NCBI GenBank assembly: GCA_015059065.1
Contig: SVBE01000007.1
Location: forward strand, 759 to 64,758
Length of the DNA stretch: 64,000 bases
From: Erysipelotrichaceae bacterium
GTDB lineage: Bacteria > Bacillota_I > Bacilli_A > RFN20 > CAG-826
Direction: 5' to 3'
The position numbers and the translations under genes were made by a program. Shown in pieces: positions 24,884-35,356 of the stretch. The notes below the pieces were generated by a model. It was not told the DNA's origin and searched no databases. It saw nothing but the letters and a program-made list of their open reading frames with translations. Position 1 is the first letter of the stretch. The number at the start of each line of letters is the position of its first letter.

Positions 24884-25928
24884 GTTTCTTCCTCCCCATT
24901 AATAAGATGATGATGAATATAGGCGCGCCTAATATAGACGTAATCGCTCCTACAGGTAGAGAGAAGCCACTTAATAAAATGCGCGAGATGATATCGCTGA
25001 ACAGTAAAACAACTGCCCCCATTAAAGAAGAACTAATAATCAAAAATCTATGATCATTACCAACAAGCTTTCGCATTACTTGAGGAACGATTAAGCCAAT
25101 AAAACCAATAATGCCCACTAAAGAGACACATACCGCTGTTAATAATGAGGCCAATAACAAGGAGATGAATCTAAAGACATTGAGATTGATACCTAATGTT
25201 GAAGAAGTATCTTCTCCAAGCAGCATCGCATTATAGCGATAAGAAAATATGAGGAAGAATATTAACGATATCGCCGTGACCACAAGGATGATCAAGTCAT
25301 CGATATAATTCGCTCTACCAAGGTCACCAAAAGACCAATACACCGCTGTCGCTAATGTTGTGTCACTTGCAAAATATTGAATCAAAGTTGTGATACCTGT
25401 ACAGAATGTACCAAAAGTAATACCCACTAAAACAGTCGTCGCGTTATTAAACTTATTAATCCTCGATAAACCTAATACTAATAATATTCCTAATAAGGCA
25501 AATAAGAACGCCATCCCAGAAGTGAAATATGGGTTGGTGATTGTGATATTACCACCATTAAAAGCAATCGTCCCGCCACCGATGATAATAATCGCGATAT
25601 TCGCACCTAGTACAGCCGCGTTAGAAACACCCAATGTGGTAGGTGAAGCCATCACATTGTTGCTCATCGTCTGCATGATGACACCAGAAATAGATAACGC
25701 CACACCAACAAGCACCGCAGCTATCACTCTTGGTAAACGAATATTTTGGACGATGATGACATTAGTCTGATCACCAATTCCAAACAATCCTTTTAAGCCA
25801 TCAATAAAGGACATATGTGATGAACCAATAAAGATAGAACCGATGAATAAAACCACTAACAAAATGGAGAGAATCAATAATGTTAATGTTCTCTTTTTTG
25901 TTAATGTCATGATTCTAGTTTCGTTCAT
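24876..25928 (-). CDS. FecCD-family ABC transporter permease
   Basis: 350 aa with ~9-10 TM helices. RLPRVIAAVLVGVALSISG and the C-terminal GAITSILGAPIFI are typical of BtuC/FecCD permeases. Confidence 0.9.
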   Translation of the reverse strand: MNETRIMTLTKKRTLTLLILSILLVVLFIGSIFIGSSHMSFIDGLKGLFGIGDQTNVIIVQNIRLPRVIAAVLVGVALSISGVIMQTMSNNVMASPTTLGVSNAAVLGANIAIIIIGGGTIAFNGGNITITNPYFTSGMAFLFALLGILLVLGLSRINKFNNATTVLVGITFGTFCTGITTLIQYFASDTTLATAVYWSFGDLGRANYIDDLIILVVTAISLIFFLIFSYRYNAMLLGEDTSSTLGINLNVFRFISLLLASLLTAVCVSLVGIIGFIGLIVPQVMRKLVGNDHRFLIISSSLMGAVVLLFSDIISRILLSGFSLPVGAITSILGAPIFIIILLMGRKKHA

Positions 25929-25994
25929 AGCATATCTATCTTATAAGATACAAATGATAAGCGCCTAGTAAAAAAGAAACAAAAATAGTATAAT

Positions 25995-26570
25995 GTGTTC
26001 GATTATTTTATGAGATACAGAAAAGATGAATTAAGCGCCTTAGATAAAATCTATGTCGCGACTGCCCTATTAATCAAAAACAAGAATTATAACGATTTTA
26101 ATTGTTCCACGATTATTGCCTCTTCTGGAGTGTCTCGTTCCACATTCTATTCCTATTTCAAAAACAAGGATCAAGTCGTGATGTATATCTGTGACGATAT
26201 CTTTAATAAGATATTCACTCAATCTTTAACCAAAGAAAAGAATCACGATTTCAATAAAGATAAAGCTGATAATTTAAAAGCGATGTTAGTCAAATCCTTC
26301 CAATGTTTTTTAGATGAAAGAGAGATTGTTCTAGCAATCCTCAATAGCAACGCATCAAGCATTTTCATGTCCAGACTTAGAAAAAGGCTTAAACCATTTA
26401 TTCTCGCGATGGTTAATAAAAAAATAATCGGCAATAATCCTATTCCCGAAGAAATTAAAATTCATCAATATATCAATGGTTATACGGCTTTACTTCAATA
26501 TTATCTCCGACATGGTTATGAACTAAGCCCAGAGAAGATCACTGAATATTATTTTCAATTTTACAAATGA
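25995..26570 (+). CDS. TetR/AcrR family transcriptional regulator
   Basis: 191 aa. The N-terminal HTH ...FNCSTIIASSGVSRSTFYSYFKNKDQVV fits the TetR_N pattern. The start may be the ATG at 26010. It is divergent from the ABC importer operon. Confidence 0.75.
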   Translation: MFDYFMRYRKDELSALDKIYVATALLIKNKNYNDFNCSTIIASSGVSRSTFYSYFKNKDQVVMYICDDIFNKIFTQSLTKEKNHDFNKDKADNLKAMLVKSFQCFLDEREIVLAILNSNASSIFMSRLRKRLKPFILAMVNKKIIGNNPIPEEIKIHQYINGYTALLQYYLRHGYELSPEKITEYYFQFYK

Positions 26571-26574
26571 GGTA

Positions 26575-28545
26575 TTATGCCTCTTTTTGTAAGTATCTTT
26601 CAAATTCATATTCGAATAAGAAAGTTTGCTGATTATTTGGACTATATTTGCATAGCAAGATAAATGGTACAAGAACGAACATCCAGTAATTATGACCTAG
26701 CCCAAGATAATGAGCTTGTTGATTATGGACAAAAATGAAATCTAAAGAAGCAACTAAGATAATCAAAGAAGCGCATACGACATTTTGGAAAAATGAAAAT
26801 TTATCCCCATGGAAGAAAATTTGGGAGTTGTGCATGCCGTATTTCCTTTCATAAAAAAGTCTGAGGAAAAACACGATATACATGAAAACCACACTGACAA
26901 CAGAGAGAAGCAAATATGCGTTAGGGAACCAGAAATTGATAAGGAGATTTTCTTCAACCCCATACACCATCGCATAACGATTTGAAAAATAATATATAGT
27001 TATCAATACTCCTAAAGGAATTAAAGAAAGGGAATGCCATAAAAAGCGAACATATTTCTTTTTGTTATCAAGGAAGGCAGGCTGGAAGAATAAAAACAGC
27101 AAGATGATGTAATTAATTGCGACGACTTGGAAAACGTTACCAGGAACATATTTATAAACGAGCCCTTCTAAATCGTATCCCCATGCGGTAACGATGGCTA
27201 AAACAACAGTTTCAACTGTCGCAATATATAGAAACATCGCGAGATTATAAAGAAGTTTACGAATAAGATCTGTGGGCTTTCTAACTCGGCTAACCGTGAT
27301 AAAGAAATCTAAGAAAATCGACAAAGCCCATGCCGTTTTAAACGTCTCAAGCAAAACAGGATTTGCTAAAGCAGAAAGGGCTGGAATCTTAAGAGTCGCT
27401 AATAAAGCAAGTATGAATAAAATAATTGAAGCTGCACGAACAATTCTTCCAAAAATGATAATTACTGCATCTGGGATACCAACATGGATATTCCAATCGT
27501 CTGGCACTTCGCTATTTTCTTCACTGGTCGGTGTTGCACTAATAAGTCGTGGTTTGATATTAGCAAATAATAATCTAAGGAAAATAGAGAAGAAAATAAA
27601 GAAGAAAGTGATACCGACAAATAGGAGAACCAAACCAACTATTTGAAGAACGAAATTCATCGTACGACCTTGCTCACGAGCTGGTAAAAAGTCACTATAA
27701 AAATCTACGGATTTACCAGAAACATTACTGAGAAGTTGTGAAAATGCGGCATTTATTTCACCTGCACCTTTATTTACTTTATTAAGCAAATATTTTTGAT
27801 CAATCTCCGTGGATAATCCTTCCGTAACAATTTTGACTTTACTAACTTCATTAACCGCATTCCCATCAAACACAAAGCTACATGTGAAGTGTGTACCAAA
27901 AAGCACATCTCCAAATGTGAAACGACATAGATAAGAATTAACTCCAAGGTTTCCACCAAATTGGTACACAAACCTTTCAAAAGTTAAAGTCAATTCATCA
28001 ATGATGGTCTTTGAATATGTAAAATCATTAAAATACAAGATATTGTTGCTTTGGTAAAACATGATAGTAGAACCATCGGCCTCATTAACACTATCATTAA
28101 CATAATAATACTCCATGCCAGTAACAATATCGTGCCCAGTTGATCCTTTGGAAATGACTGCGTTTCTTACATCTTGATATGTCTGACCATAAAATTCGTT
28201 GGTGTTATTTACTGATCTTGAAAATAGCAAAGCACCTGCAGTAATGACTAACGCAAAAAAAGCAGAAACAATTCCAAAAGCAATTCTTTTGCCTTTGAGA
28301 TTCTTACTACGTTTGCCCATGAGATGTTCTTTGCTGGCGGCAGGATACCCATCAAGCCCTTTTAAGGATAGTTCTATTTCATAAAACTTATTTATTTTTT
28401 CGAGATTCTTTTTATTCGGACGAAAATAGCCTTTTTCATAACAAAAAAGCGTCGTGCGGAACATGCCCATCTGCTTGGCCGCCTCTTTGATTGTGAGACC
28501 CTTATTTTCTCTTAAAGAAATCAAATATAGATTATAATTTTTCAT
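26575..28545 (-). CDS. XRE-type HTH domain fused to a large polytopic membrane protein
   Basis: The start is moved to the ATG at 28545 (MKNYNLYLISLRENKGLTIKEAAKQMGMFRTTLFCYEKG...). The track's start at 28656 would overlap the divergent gene at 28575. The layout is HTH, one TM, a ~200-aa extracytoplasmic segment, then ~8 TM helices. Confidence 0.6.
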   Translation of the reverse strand: MKNYNLYLISLRENKGLTIKEAAKQMGMFRTTLFCYEKGYFRPNKKNLEKINKFYEIELSLKGLDGYPAASKEHLMGKRSKNLKGKRIAFGIVSAFFALVITAGALLFSRSVNNTNEFYGQTYQDVRNAVISKGSTGHDIVTGMEYYYVNDSVNEADGSTIMFYQSNNILYFNDFTYSKTIIDELTLTFERFVYQFGGNLGVNSYLCRFTFGDVLFGTHFTCSFVFDGNAVNEVSKVKIVTEGLSTEIDQKYLLNKVNKGAGEINAAFSQLLSNVSGKSVDFYSDFLPAREQGRTMNFVLQIVGLVLLFVGITFFFIFFSIFLRLLFANIKPRLISATPTSEENSEVPDDWNIHVGIPDAVIIIFGRIVRAASIILFILALLATLKIPALSALANPVLLETFKTAWALSIFLDFFITVSRVRKPTDLIRKLLYNLAMFLYIATVETVVLAIVTAWGYDLEGLVYKYVPGNVFQVVAINYIILLFLFFQPAFLDNKKKYVRFLWHSLSLIPLGVLITIYYFSNRYAMVYGVEENLLINFWFPNAYLLLSVVSVVFMYIVFFLRLFYERKYGMHNSQIFFHGDKFSFFQNVVCASLIILVASLDFIFVHNQQAHYLGLGHNYWMFVLVPFILLCKYSPNNQQTFLFEYEFERYLQKEA

Positions 28546-28574
28546 TTTTTCTAAATATAGTATACTAGATTTAA

Positions 28575-30347
28575 ATGAGAAATAAATTTGGTTTTTTACT
28601 ATTAGTTCCCGTTCTACTAACTCTAAGCGGATGTCAGCAAAGCGATAAACTATCATTCACAACTGGTAAGTTTACTTTTGATACATATTATAATGACAAC
28701 TATTTTTTGCTTGATAATAAAGAAGTCCATGAAGAAATTGCTTTAGCAAGCCACGCGATGGCGCTTTCAACATTTAAAAGTGGTCCAGAATACGAAACCC
28801 ACAACCAATACTTAAAAGAATTATGGGAAAAAGAAGGTTTTACTAATTTATATTTTAACGATTATTTCTTTGTTAAACCTGAAACCGACAGTATCGCTTT
28901 TGGGATTGCTAGTAAAACGATAGGTGATTTTACTTTAATTGCTATTGCCGTTAGAGGCGGTTATTACGAAGCAGAATGGACCAGCAACTTCACACTTGGA
29001 GAAAAAGGCAACTCACAAGGTTTTGATGAGGCTAGTGACAAAGTAGTCGCAGGTTTTGACCAGTATGTGGCAACAAATCAAATTAACGGGCATGTTAAAG
29101 TGTGGATATCCGGATATTCTCGCGCGGGTATCACATCTAATATGACTGCTGGTAAATTATTAAACCGTACCGAAAACGGACAATATTCCACTGACAAATA
29201 TAATTATTCAACAAGCGATATATACGCATATTGCTTTGAACCACCAATGGGGGTTGACGCATCGCTTGAAGAAGCGCGTTCCCCTTTATATCAAGGAATC
29301 CATAATTTCGTCAATTTTAATGACCTCGTTCCCCTTGTTGCTCCTTATCAATGGGGCTTTGTAAGATATGGCACTGACCATTATTATTCAGACCGAATAA
29401 ACGATATTTATTTTGATACAACTGAAAGAGAGAAAATACTTAGTTTGTACCACTTCACTTATGGCGCAGACAAATTCCATAGCTACACTGTTGACGACTG
29501 GAAATTCTTTGATGTCGGTGAATCCCTTGCTACTGAATACGAACTCCCACGCAAAAGTATTCACCCGTCGCTAGGCCGTTTTGTTCACACTTTGATAGAC
29601 AATATTGCTTTATATGGTTTTATTGATAGAGACACCTATTATGAAGATATTCAAAGCGGATTAAGAGAATTAATAGCAACAATGTATGGTGCAAATCCAA
29701 AAATTGAAAAGATAGACACTAGCGCAATTATTGACATCATCTTTGAATATAGCTTTGTCAAGAATCTATTTATCGAACTAGGAACCGACAAAAGCGTTGA
29801 ATTCGCGACCGATGTGCAACTTTTATTACTACAAATCTTTGGTGCGAATAAAGAAACATTTGAAGACGTGCAGGATTTATATATTAACAACCTTGATTTC
29901 TTTGCATATCTTCCTGGCTCATTCATCGAAAGAAAAGATATATTAGCCCAACTTCTATATCGCGACAACGCGATGGGGCTCATGATTACTCACCAACCAG
30001 AAGTAAGTTATTCTTTGCTCTGCACATGCGATTCGCGCTTCCTCGGTGAAAATAAATGCAAATTCAATGATGGAACATATTATATTCTTCACATTCAAAA
30101 ACCAACATCATTCTCACTATTTGAAAATAACCTCAACAAAGTAGTTTTTGAATATAAAGATAGCACCATGATTAGCAATATATTATCCGCAGAAGAATAC
30201 GCTGACGGAAGTGTAGACATTTATCTTCCTAAAAACGGATCATACAGCTACGAAGCTGCTGCGGAAGGTATTTCCCTCCTCAACGTCGATCCACTGATGG
30301 GTGAAAACATTATTAACAACTCTCTACCACTAAAAGGAAATATCTAG
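28575..30347 (+). CDS. Lipoprotein, putative lipase/esterase (alpha/beta-hydrolase, class-3-lipase-like)
   Basis: 590 aa with lipobox LTLSGC-QQ. VWISGYSRAGITSN contains a G-x-S-x-G nucleophile elbow in a lipase_3-like context. The family call is tentative. Confidence 0.45.
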   Translation: MRNKFGFLLLVPVLLTLSGCQQSDKLSFTTGKFTFDTYYNDNYFLLDNKEVHEEIALASHAMALSTFKSGPEYETHNQYLKELWEKEGFTNLYFNDYFFVKPETDSIAFGIASKTIGDFTLIAIAVRGGYYEAEWTSNFTLGEKGNSQGFDEASDKVVAGFDQYVATNQINGHVKVWISGYSRAGITSNMTAGKLLNRTENGQYSTDKYNYSTSDIYAYCFEPPMGVDASLEEARSPLYQGIHNFVNFNDLVPLVAPYQWGFVRYGTDHYYSDRINDIYFDTTEREKILSLYHFTYGADKFHSYTVDDWKFFDVGESLATEYELPRKSIHPSLGRFVHTLIDNIALYGFIDRDTYYEDIQSGLRELIATMYGANPKIEKIDTSAIIDIIFEYSFVKNLFIELGTDKSVEFATDVQLLLLQIFGANKETFEDVQDLYINNLDFFAYLPGSFIERKDILAQLLYRDNAMGLMITHQPEVSYSLLCTCDSRFLGENKCKFNDGTYYILHIQKPTSFSLFENNLNKVVFEYKDSTMISNILSAEEYADGSVDIYLPKNGSYSYEAAAEGISLLNVDPLMGENIINNSLPLKGNI

Positions 30348-30394
30348 CATCATCTTTCTTGCTAAGTTAAGCAAGAAGAATATAATTATTTCGC

Positions 30395-31810
30395 ATGACT
30401 AATTATTTGAAAAAATTTTTCCATCAAGATACTGATATGACCGAAGGTAATCTTTTTTGGAAAATTATTTTATTTGCGCTTCCTATTATGCTCACTCAAG
30501 TGATGCAGCTATTATATGTCACAGTTGATTTAACCAGCGTCCATTATGGCGATTCTGCTGAGTCCATGGGAGCGATTGCTTCTAACTCGGCTTTAATCAA
30601 TTTAATCGTCGTTGTCTTCATGGGTGTTTCTATCGGCGCGAACGTCATTCTCTCCGAAGCTAAAGGAGCAAAAAACCATGAAAAAGCCGAAAAGGTCCTG
30701 CATTCCTCGATGATTTTTGCTTTTATCACCGGAATTATTGTCGGCGTTATTGGTTTCTTTATTTCTGATAACTTATTAGAACTAATGGGTACTGAGGAAC
30801 ATTATTTTGCAAAGGCTACCTTATATTTAAAAATCTATTTTGCCGGATTGCCATTCCTCATGATTTATAACTACTCCGCTCAGTTGTTAAGAGCCCAAGG
30901 TGATTCCCATTCTCCCTTCATCGCTTTGTTTGTCGCTGGTCTTTCTAACATCGGATTAGACTTAATATTTGTCTTCCCACTTCATATGGGTGTTGCGGGT
31001 GTTGCCCTTGCTACAATCATCGCTGAAGCCATCAGTGCGATTATCTGCATGTTAGTCCTCATCTTCAGTAAGAAAATTTATGTGAACTTCTCATTCAAGA
31101 AATTAAAGATTGATTTCCCAGTTTTAAAAGAAGTCCTTAGAGTTGGTATCCCAGCAGGCTTACAAGGATTCTTCTTCTCTTTGCCAAACGTCTTTATTCA
31201 ATCTTCTTTATATACGATTGATCCCGGCAATGTGAATCTAGAAAATGGAGCAACTGCTTCTAGCAATATCGAAGGCTATTTCTATGCGATAGTCGATGGT
31301 ATCGGCGTTGCCACGATGACCTTCATCGCTGCTAATATCGGCGCGAAGAAGCCAGACAACATTAAAAAATGCATCCTCTATGGAGCGATATGGGGAAGTA
31401 TTGGCTGTGTCATCATCGGACTAGTTACTGGATTCTTATATCGTCCGTTATTATCTTTATTTGTCACTAATGAAGAATCGATACAAGCAGGAAGAACAAG
31501 ACTATATGTTATGGGTCTATTCTATTTCTTTGACTTCACGATGAATTATTCTGGCCATGTCCTTAGAGGTATGAAGAGGTCGACTTATCCGATGGTCACT
31601 ACCCTATTATCCTGTACTGTACTGAGAATTATCTTAATCTTAACAGTATTCCCACTTCCTTATTTCCATACGATCATGTGGTTATACGCTTTATTCCCCA
31701 TCACATGGGTAATCGCGACAATCAGTAATGCAATCGCGATGAGTATCTACATTCCAAAAGATTTGAAGGTATTACGAAAAATAGCAACAGATCCAGCAGG
31801 TCCGAGATAA
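30395..31810 (+). CDS. MATE family efflux transporter
   Basis: 471 aa with 12 TM helices. The N-terminal GNLFWKIILFALPIMLTQVMQ pattern is typical of MATE/NorM proteins. Confidence 0.9.
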   Translation: MTNYLKKFFHQDTDMTEGNLFWKIILFALPIMLTQVMQLLYVTVDLTSVHYGDSAESMGAIASNSALINLIVVVFMGVSIGANVILSEAKGAKNHEKAEKVLHSSMIFAFITGIIVGVIGFFISDNLLELMGTEEHYFAKATLYLKIYFAGLPFLMIYNYSAQLLRAQGDSHSPFIALFVAGLSNIGLDLIFVFPLHMGVAGVALATIIAEAISAIICMLVLIFSKKIYVNFSFKKLKIDFPVLKEVLRVGIPAGLQGFFFSLPNVFIQSSLYTIDPGNVNLENGATASSNIEGYFYAIVDGIGVATMTFIAANIGAKKPDNIKKCILYGAIWGSIGCVIIGLVTGFLYRPLLSLFVTNEESIQAGRTRLYVMGLFYFFDFTMNYSGHVLRGMKRSTYPMVTTLLSCTVLRIILILTVFPLPYFHTIMWLYALFPITWVIATISNAIAMSIYIPKDLKVLRKIATDPAGPR

Positions 31811-31836
31811 GGGGTATAAGGATATACATCCAGAAA

Positions 31837-32877
31837 TTATTCCTTAAGAAGATACGCCATTAATAGTTCATAGGTATTCTTTAATCCATCAACATGGGTT
31901 CTTTCATATCCATGACTATTCATCGTCCCAAAACCAATCGCCGCATGACGGACATCATGTCCTGCGACTAAAGAAGTATCACAGTCCGTTCCATAATGTG
32001 GAGTGAAGATATCAATCACATAATCTAAATTATTATTTCTAGCTGCGTCTCTAAGTTCATTGGTCATTTCATAGTGATATGGGAAACGAGAATCCTTCGC
32101 GAAGATGGTTACTTTTCTTTCATCAGAAGTTTGTTCATCTCCAGTAGGGGCAATATCAATCGCCAAGATATCTTTAACACCGTCTGGGAGCCAAGAAGTA
32201 CCGTGTCCAATCTCTTCATATTCAGCGAAATAGAAATAGACCTTGCGGCTTAATTTAATATCATTCTCTTTAATTGCTTTCATCGCATTAAACATAATTG
32301 CCACGGCAGCTTTATCATCGATGAATCTTGATTTAATATAACCGTTGACGAATTCTGTTCTTGGTTCAAGAGCGATTACGTCCCCAGTTTCAATGCCGAG
32401 CTTTCTTACATCAGAAGCATTATGAACATCTTCATCTAAAACGATGCAGACATCTTTAGCAAAATCCGCAGGTTGTTTTCTTAATTCATCTTCAGAGACG
32501 TGAACGGAATTTGGTTTACGACCAATTTGACCAGTATAGACTTTGCCGTCTCTAGTGTAAATTCTTACATTCTCTGTCACCGAATAAGTTGGATATAATC
32601 CTCCAACTGTCACGACCTTTAACGTGCCGTCATTATTGATATGTCTCACCATTAAACCAATCGCATCTAAATGGCCAGTCACCACAAGTGGATTACCTTC
32701 TCCACCAAGGTCGACAATCACTCCGCCTTTTTGACATAAATATGGTTTATAACCTAATCCTTCAACTAGCTTCACAACAAGCTTTTCAATGTCGTCACAT
32801 TTGCCAGTTGTCGAATCAACATCAACTAATTTCTTAAATGCTTCTAAAGTGTAATTTTCATTAAATGATGGTTTCAT
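31837..32877 (-). CDS. M42 family metallopeptidase (glutamyl aminopeptidase / FrvX-like)
   Basis: 346 aa. It has the GHLDAIGLMV, FIDDKAAV and EEIGHG metal-ligand motifs of family M42. Confidence 0.85.
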   Translation of the reverse strand: MKPSFNENYTLEAFKKLVDVDSTTGKCDDIEKLVVKLVEGLGYKPYLCQKGGVIVDLGGEGNPLVVTGHLDAIGLMVRHINNDGTLKVVTVGGLYPTYSVTENVRIYTRDGKVYTGQIGRKPNSVHVSEDELRKQPADFAKDVCIVLDEDVHNASDVRKLGIETGDVIALEPRTEFVNGYIKSRFIDDKAAVAIMFNAMKAIKENDIKLSRKVYFYFAEYEEIGHGTSWLPDGVKDILAIDIAPTGDEQTSDERKVTIFAKDSRFPYHYEMTNELRDAARNNNLDYVIDIFTPHYGTDCDTSLVAGHDVRHAAIGFGTMNSHGYERTHVDGLKNTYELLMAYLLKE

Positions 32878-32941
32878 AATCTTTCCTCACCCTCTAAAAT
32901 ATTTGATTTTTGTTATTATTTTTACTGCAAATCTCGATTTT

Positions 32942-34642
32942 TTAGCAATCCACACTGCTATAATATTCTTCTAGTTTATCACGACATGCTAAATATATCT
33001 TCTCTAATCGTGGATCAAATTGTTTGCCCATCTCAGAAAGGATGATTTCATTAGCCTGTTCAAAAGAGAATTTCTCTTTATAAACACGCTTACTAATCAA
33101 AGCATCATAAACATCCGCGAGGGCCATGATACGGGCTTCAACAGGGATTTGTTCTCCCGCTAATTTATCAGGGTAGCCAAGGCCGTTATATTTCTCATGA
33201 TGATAATGAGCGACATTAACAGCAATACTCTTTAATTCTTGATCATCAAAGCCTTCTAAGATACGAGAAACGATTCTTGCTCCTTCGGGGGCGTGGGTCT
33301 TCATAATCTCATATTCTTCAGGAGTGAACTTTCCTGGTTTTCTTAATATTTGATCATCGACTGTGATCTTTCCTAAGTCATGCATAGGCGCGGCTTTAAT
33401 CAGTTTATTACAGAATGAGTCAGAGAGATTGAATAAACCTTGTTTCTTAATCTCCTCAACGATGATTCTAATCGCGTCGCTTGTCCTTTTAATATGGCCG
33501 CCTGTAGAATTGTCTCTACCTTCAACCATCGTGGCCATGCCTAAGACGAGTTGGTCTTGCATCTCGATGATGTGTTTGGTCTTCTCCACCACTTCTTCTT
33601 CAAGCTGGGTATTATAGTTAGTAATCAGTTTGATATATTCTTGGTTCTTTGTGTCGTCTGTAACCAAGAATTGATATCCATGGGAGAAGAATCTTCCAAG
33701 GGTGAGTTTACCCACTCTCACGAGATAAGTTTTATCGTTATGCTCAACATAAAATTTATCATGAGAATTATCGTTTTTATATTCTTCAACCCAACGTGGG
33801 AAGTTGTCGTTGATCCACTTGTTATTTGATTTATGGTCAACCACTAATTCATTGAGTTCTGGGAACATCTCTTTCGCCGTTAAATTGCTATCTAGATATC
33901 TCATCTTCACATCAAAAGATATAAAGCCAGTATCGCCCTTTTCCACTAAGGCATCAACCACGGAATCAGAAGCGTTATATAGTCTTAATCTAGAAGCGAT
34001 GATGATATAGAGGATAAGCCCTAAATTATATGTCGCAGGAAGGATCTCTAACTTATTAGAGAATATCTTGCTTCCAAAGAAACCAAATACAGCGATAGAA
34101 ACAGAGACGATAATCATCACTAATATTGTTAACGGAACTTGTTTCTTTTTAATAAAGCAGTAGATAATTGCTCCAAAGGTGATGAGATAATAAACGATCA
34201 CCATCGCATAGAATACCGTGTGCATCGGCCCATAATGACGGTTAGCGAGATAACTAGCCCCACCATAGGTATCTAAAGTTGGTAAGCCTTTATAAAATAA
34301 GTCGTTATAGCCAATTGTTAAAGTGGTCGCATAAACACCCGTGGAGATCAATAATATTAACACTCTTAACCACGGATTAAGCTTTATGCCACATATATTA
34401 AAGATGAGGAACATCACTGCCACTAATAGATAGCATCCCCCAATATATGTGATACGTAAACCGATCAATGCTTCTTGCACCACCGTGGCTTTTGCCATCA
34501 CTACAAAGCCTAAATTGATGATGGGGACTAATACGGCAATAATTGTCAAATTCGTGTCGAAATGCTTATGAAAGATAAAAGCATAAACCACAACTGTGAC
34601 TAACGCGACTGCAAACATCAGATAATAAAACACAAGCGCCAT
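32942..34642 (-). CDS. Membrane-anchored HD-GYP domain c-di-GMP phosphodiesterase
   Basis: 566 aa. An N-terminal ~7-TM domain is followed by HDLGK and HHEKYNGLGYP (HD-GYP signature). Confidence 0.85.
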   Translation of the reverse strand: MALVFYYLMFAVALVTVVVYAFIFHKHFDTNLTIIAVLVPIINLGFVVMAKATVVQEALIGLRITYIGGCYLLVAVMFLIFNICGIKLNPWLRVLILLISTGVYATTLTIGYNDLFYKGLPTLDTYGGASYLANRHYGPMHTVFYAMVIVYYLITFGAIIYCFIKKKQVPLTILVMIIVSVSIAVFGFFGSKIFSNKLEILPATYNLGLILYIIIASRLRLYNASDSVVDALVEKGDTGFISFDVKMRYLDSNLTAKEMFPELNELVVDHKSNNKWINDNFPRWVEEYKNDNSHDKFYVEHNDKTYLVRVGKLTLGRFFSHGYQFLVTDDTKNQEYIKLITNYNTQLEEEVVEKTKHIIEMQDQLVLGMATMVEGRDNSTGGHIKRTSDAIRIIVEEIKKQGLFNLSDSFCNKLIKAAPMHDLGKITVDDQILRKPGKFTPEEYEIMKTHAPEGARIVSRILEGFDDQELKSIAVNVAHYHHEKYNGLGYPDKLAGEQIPVEARIMALADVYDALISKRVYKEKFSFEQANEIILSEMGKQFDPRLEKIYLACRDKLEEYYSSVDC

Positions 34643-34693
34643 ACTGAAACTATTCTATATCCTTTTTTATACTTTATATAAGATAATAATTAT

Positions 34694-35356
34694 ATGAAGT
34701 ATATCGTGTTCTCTCTTGATGATGGAACAATCTGGGATGTCGACACCATCTCTTTGTTTAATAAATACGGATTTAAAGCTACCTTCAATCTCAATTCAGA
34801 ACTACAGGATTTCGTTTGGTATCTCAACGACTTACCAATCAGAAGACTTAATTTAGAAAAAGCCAAACATCTTTATGATGGACATGAAATTGCTTCTCAC
34901 ACTTTAACTCACCCTTATCTCGATAGCTGCGATGACGGAAGAGTGATTTATGAAGTCGCTCAAGATGTGGAGAATCTCGAACATATCTTTAATAGAGAAG
35001 TCGTGAGTTTTGCCACTCCCTTTACCACCTGTGGAGATAGAGAAATATACCTCATCTCTAATCATACAAAGATAAAAGATATTAGATTAAGTGAGATTGA
35101 TGAATCGTTTGCTTTACCAAATGACCCCTATCACATTAAAGTCACTGCTTTAGACATAAATAGAGCCTTAGAATTATTCGATGACTTTGTAAATAACAAA
35201 GAAGCTAAATTATTCGTCTATGCGGGTCATAGCTATGATTTCTATGTGAACAACACCTTTGATAAATTAGAAGAATTATTAAATAAAATATCCTCCTATA
35301 AGGAAGATATTAAAGTTGTGACAATGTCAGAGATGGTAGACGAACTATTCGTCTAA
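34694..35356 (+). CDS. Polysaccharide deacetylase (NodB homology) family protein
   Basis: 220 aa. It has FSLDDG (motif 1) and HEIASHTLTHP (motif 2). Confidence 0.75.
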   Translation: MKYIVFSLDDGTIWDVDTISLFNKYGFKATFNLNSELQDFVWYLNDLPIRRLNLEKAKHLYDGHEIASHTLTHPYLDSCDDGRVIYEVAQDVENLEHIFNREVVSFATPFTTCGDREIYLISNHTKIKDIRLSEIDESFALPNDPYHIKVTALDINRALELFDDFVNNKEAKLFVYAGHSYDFYVNNTFDKLEELLNKISSYKEDIKVVTMSEMVDELFV

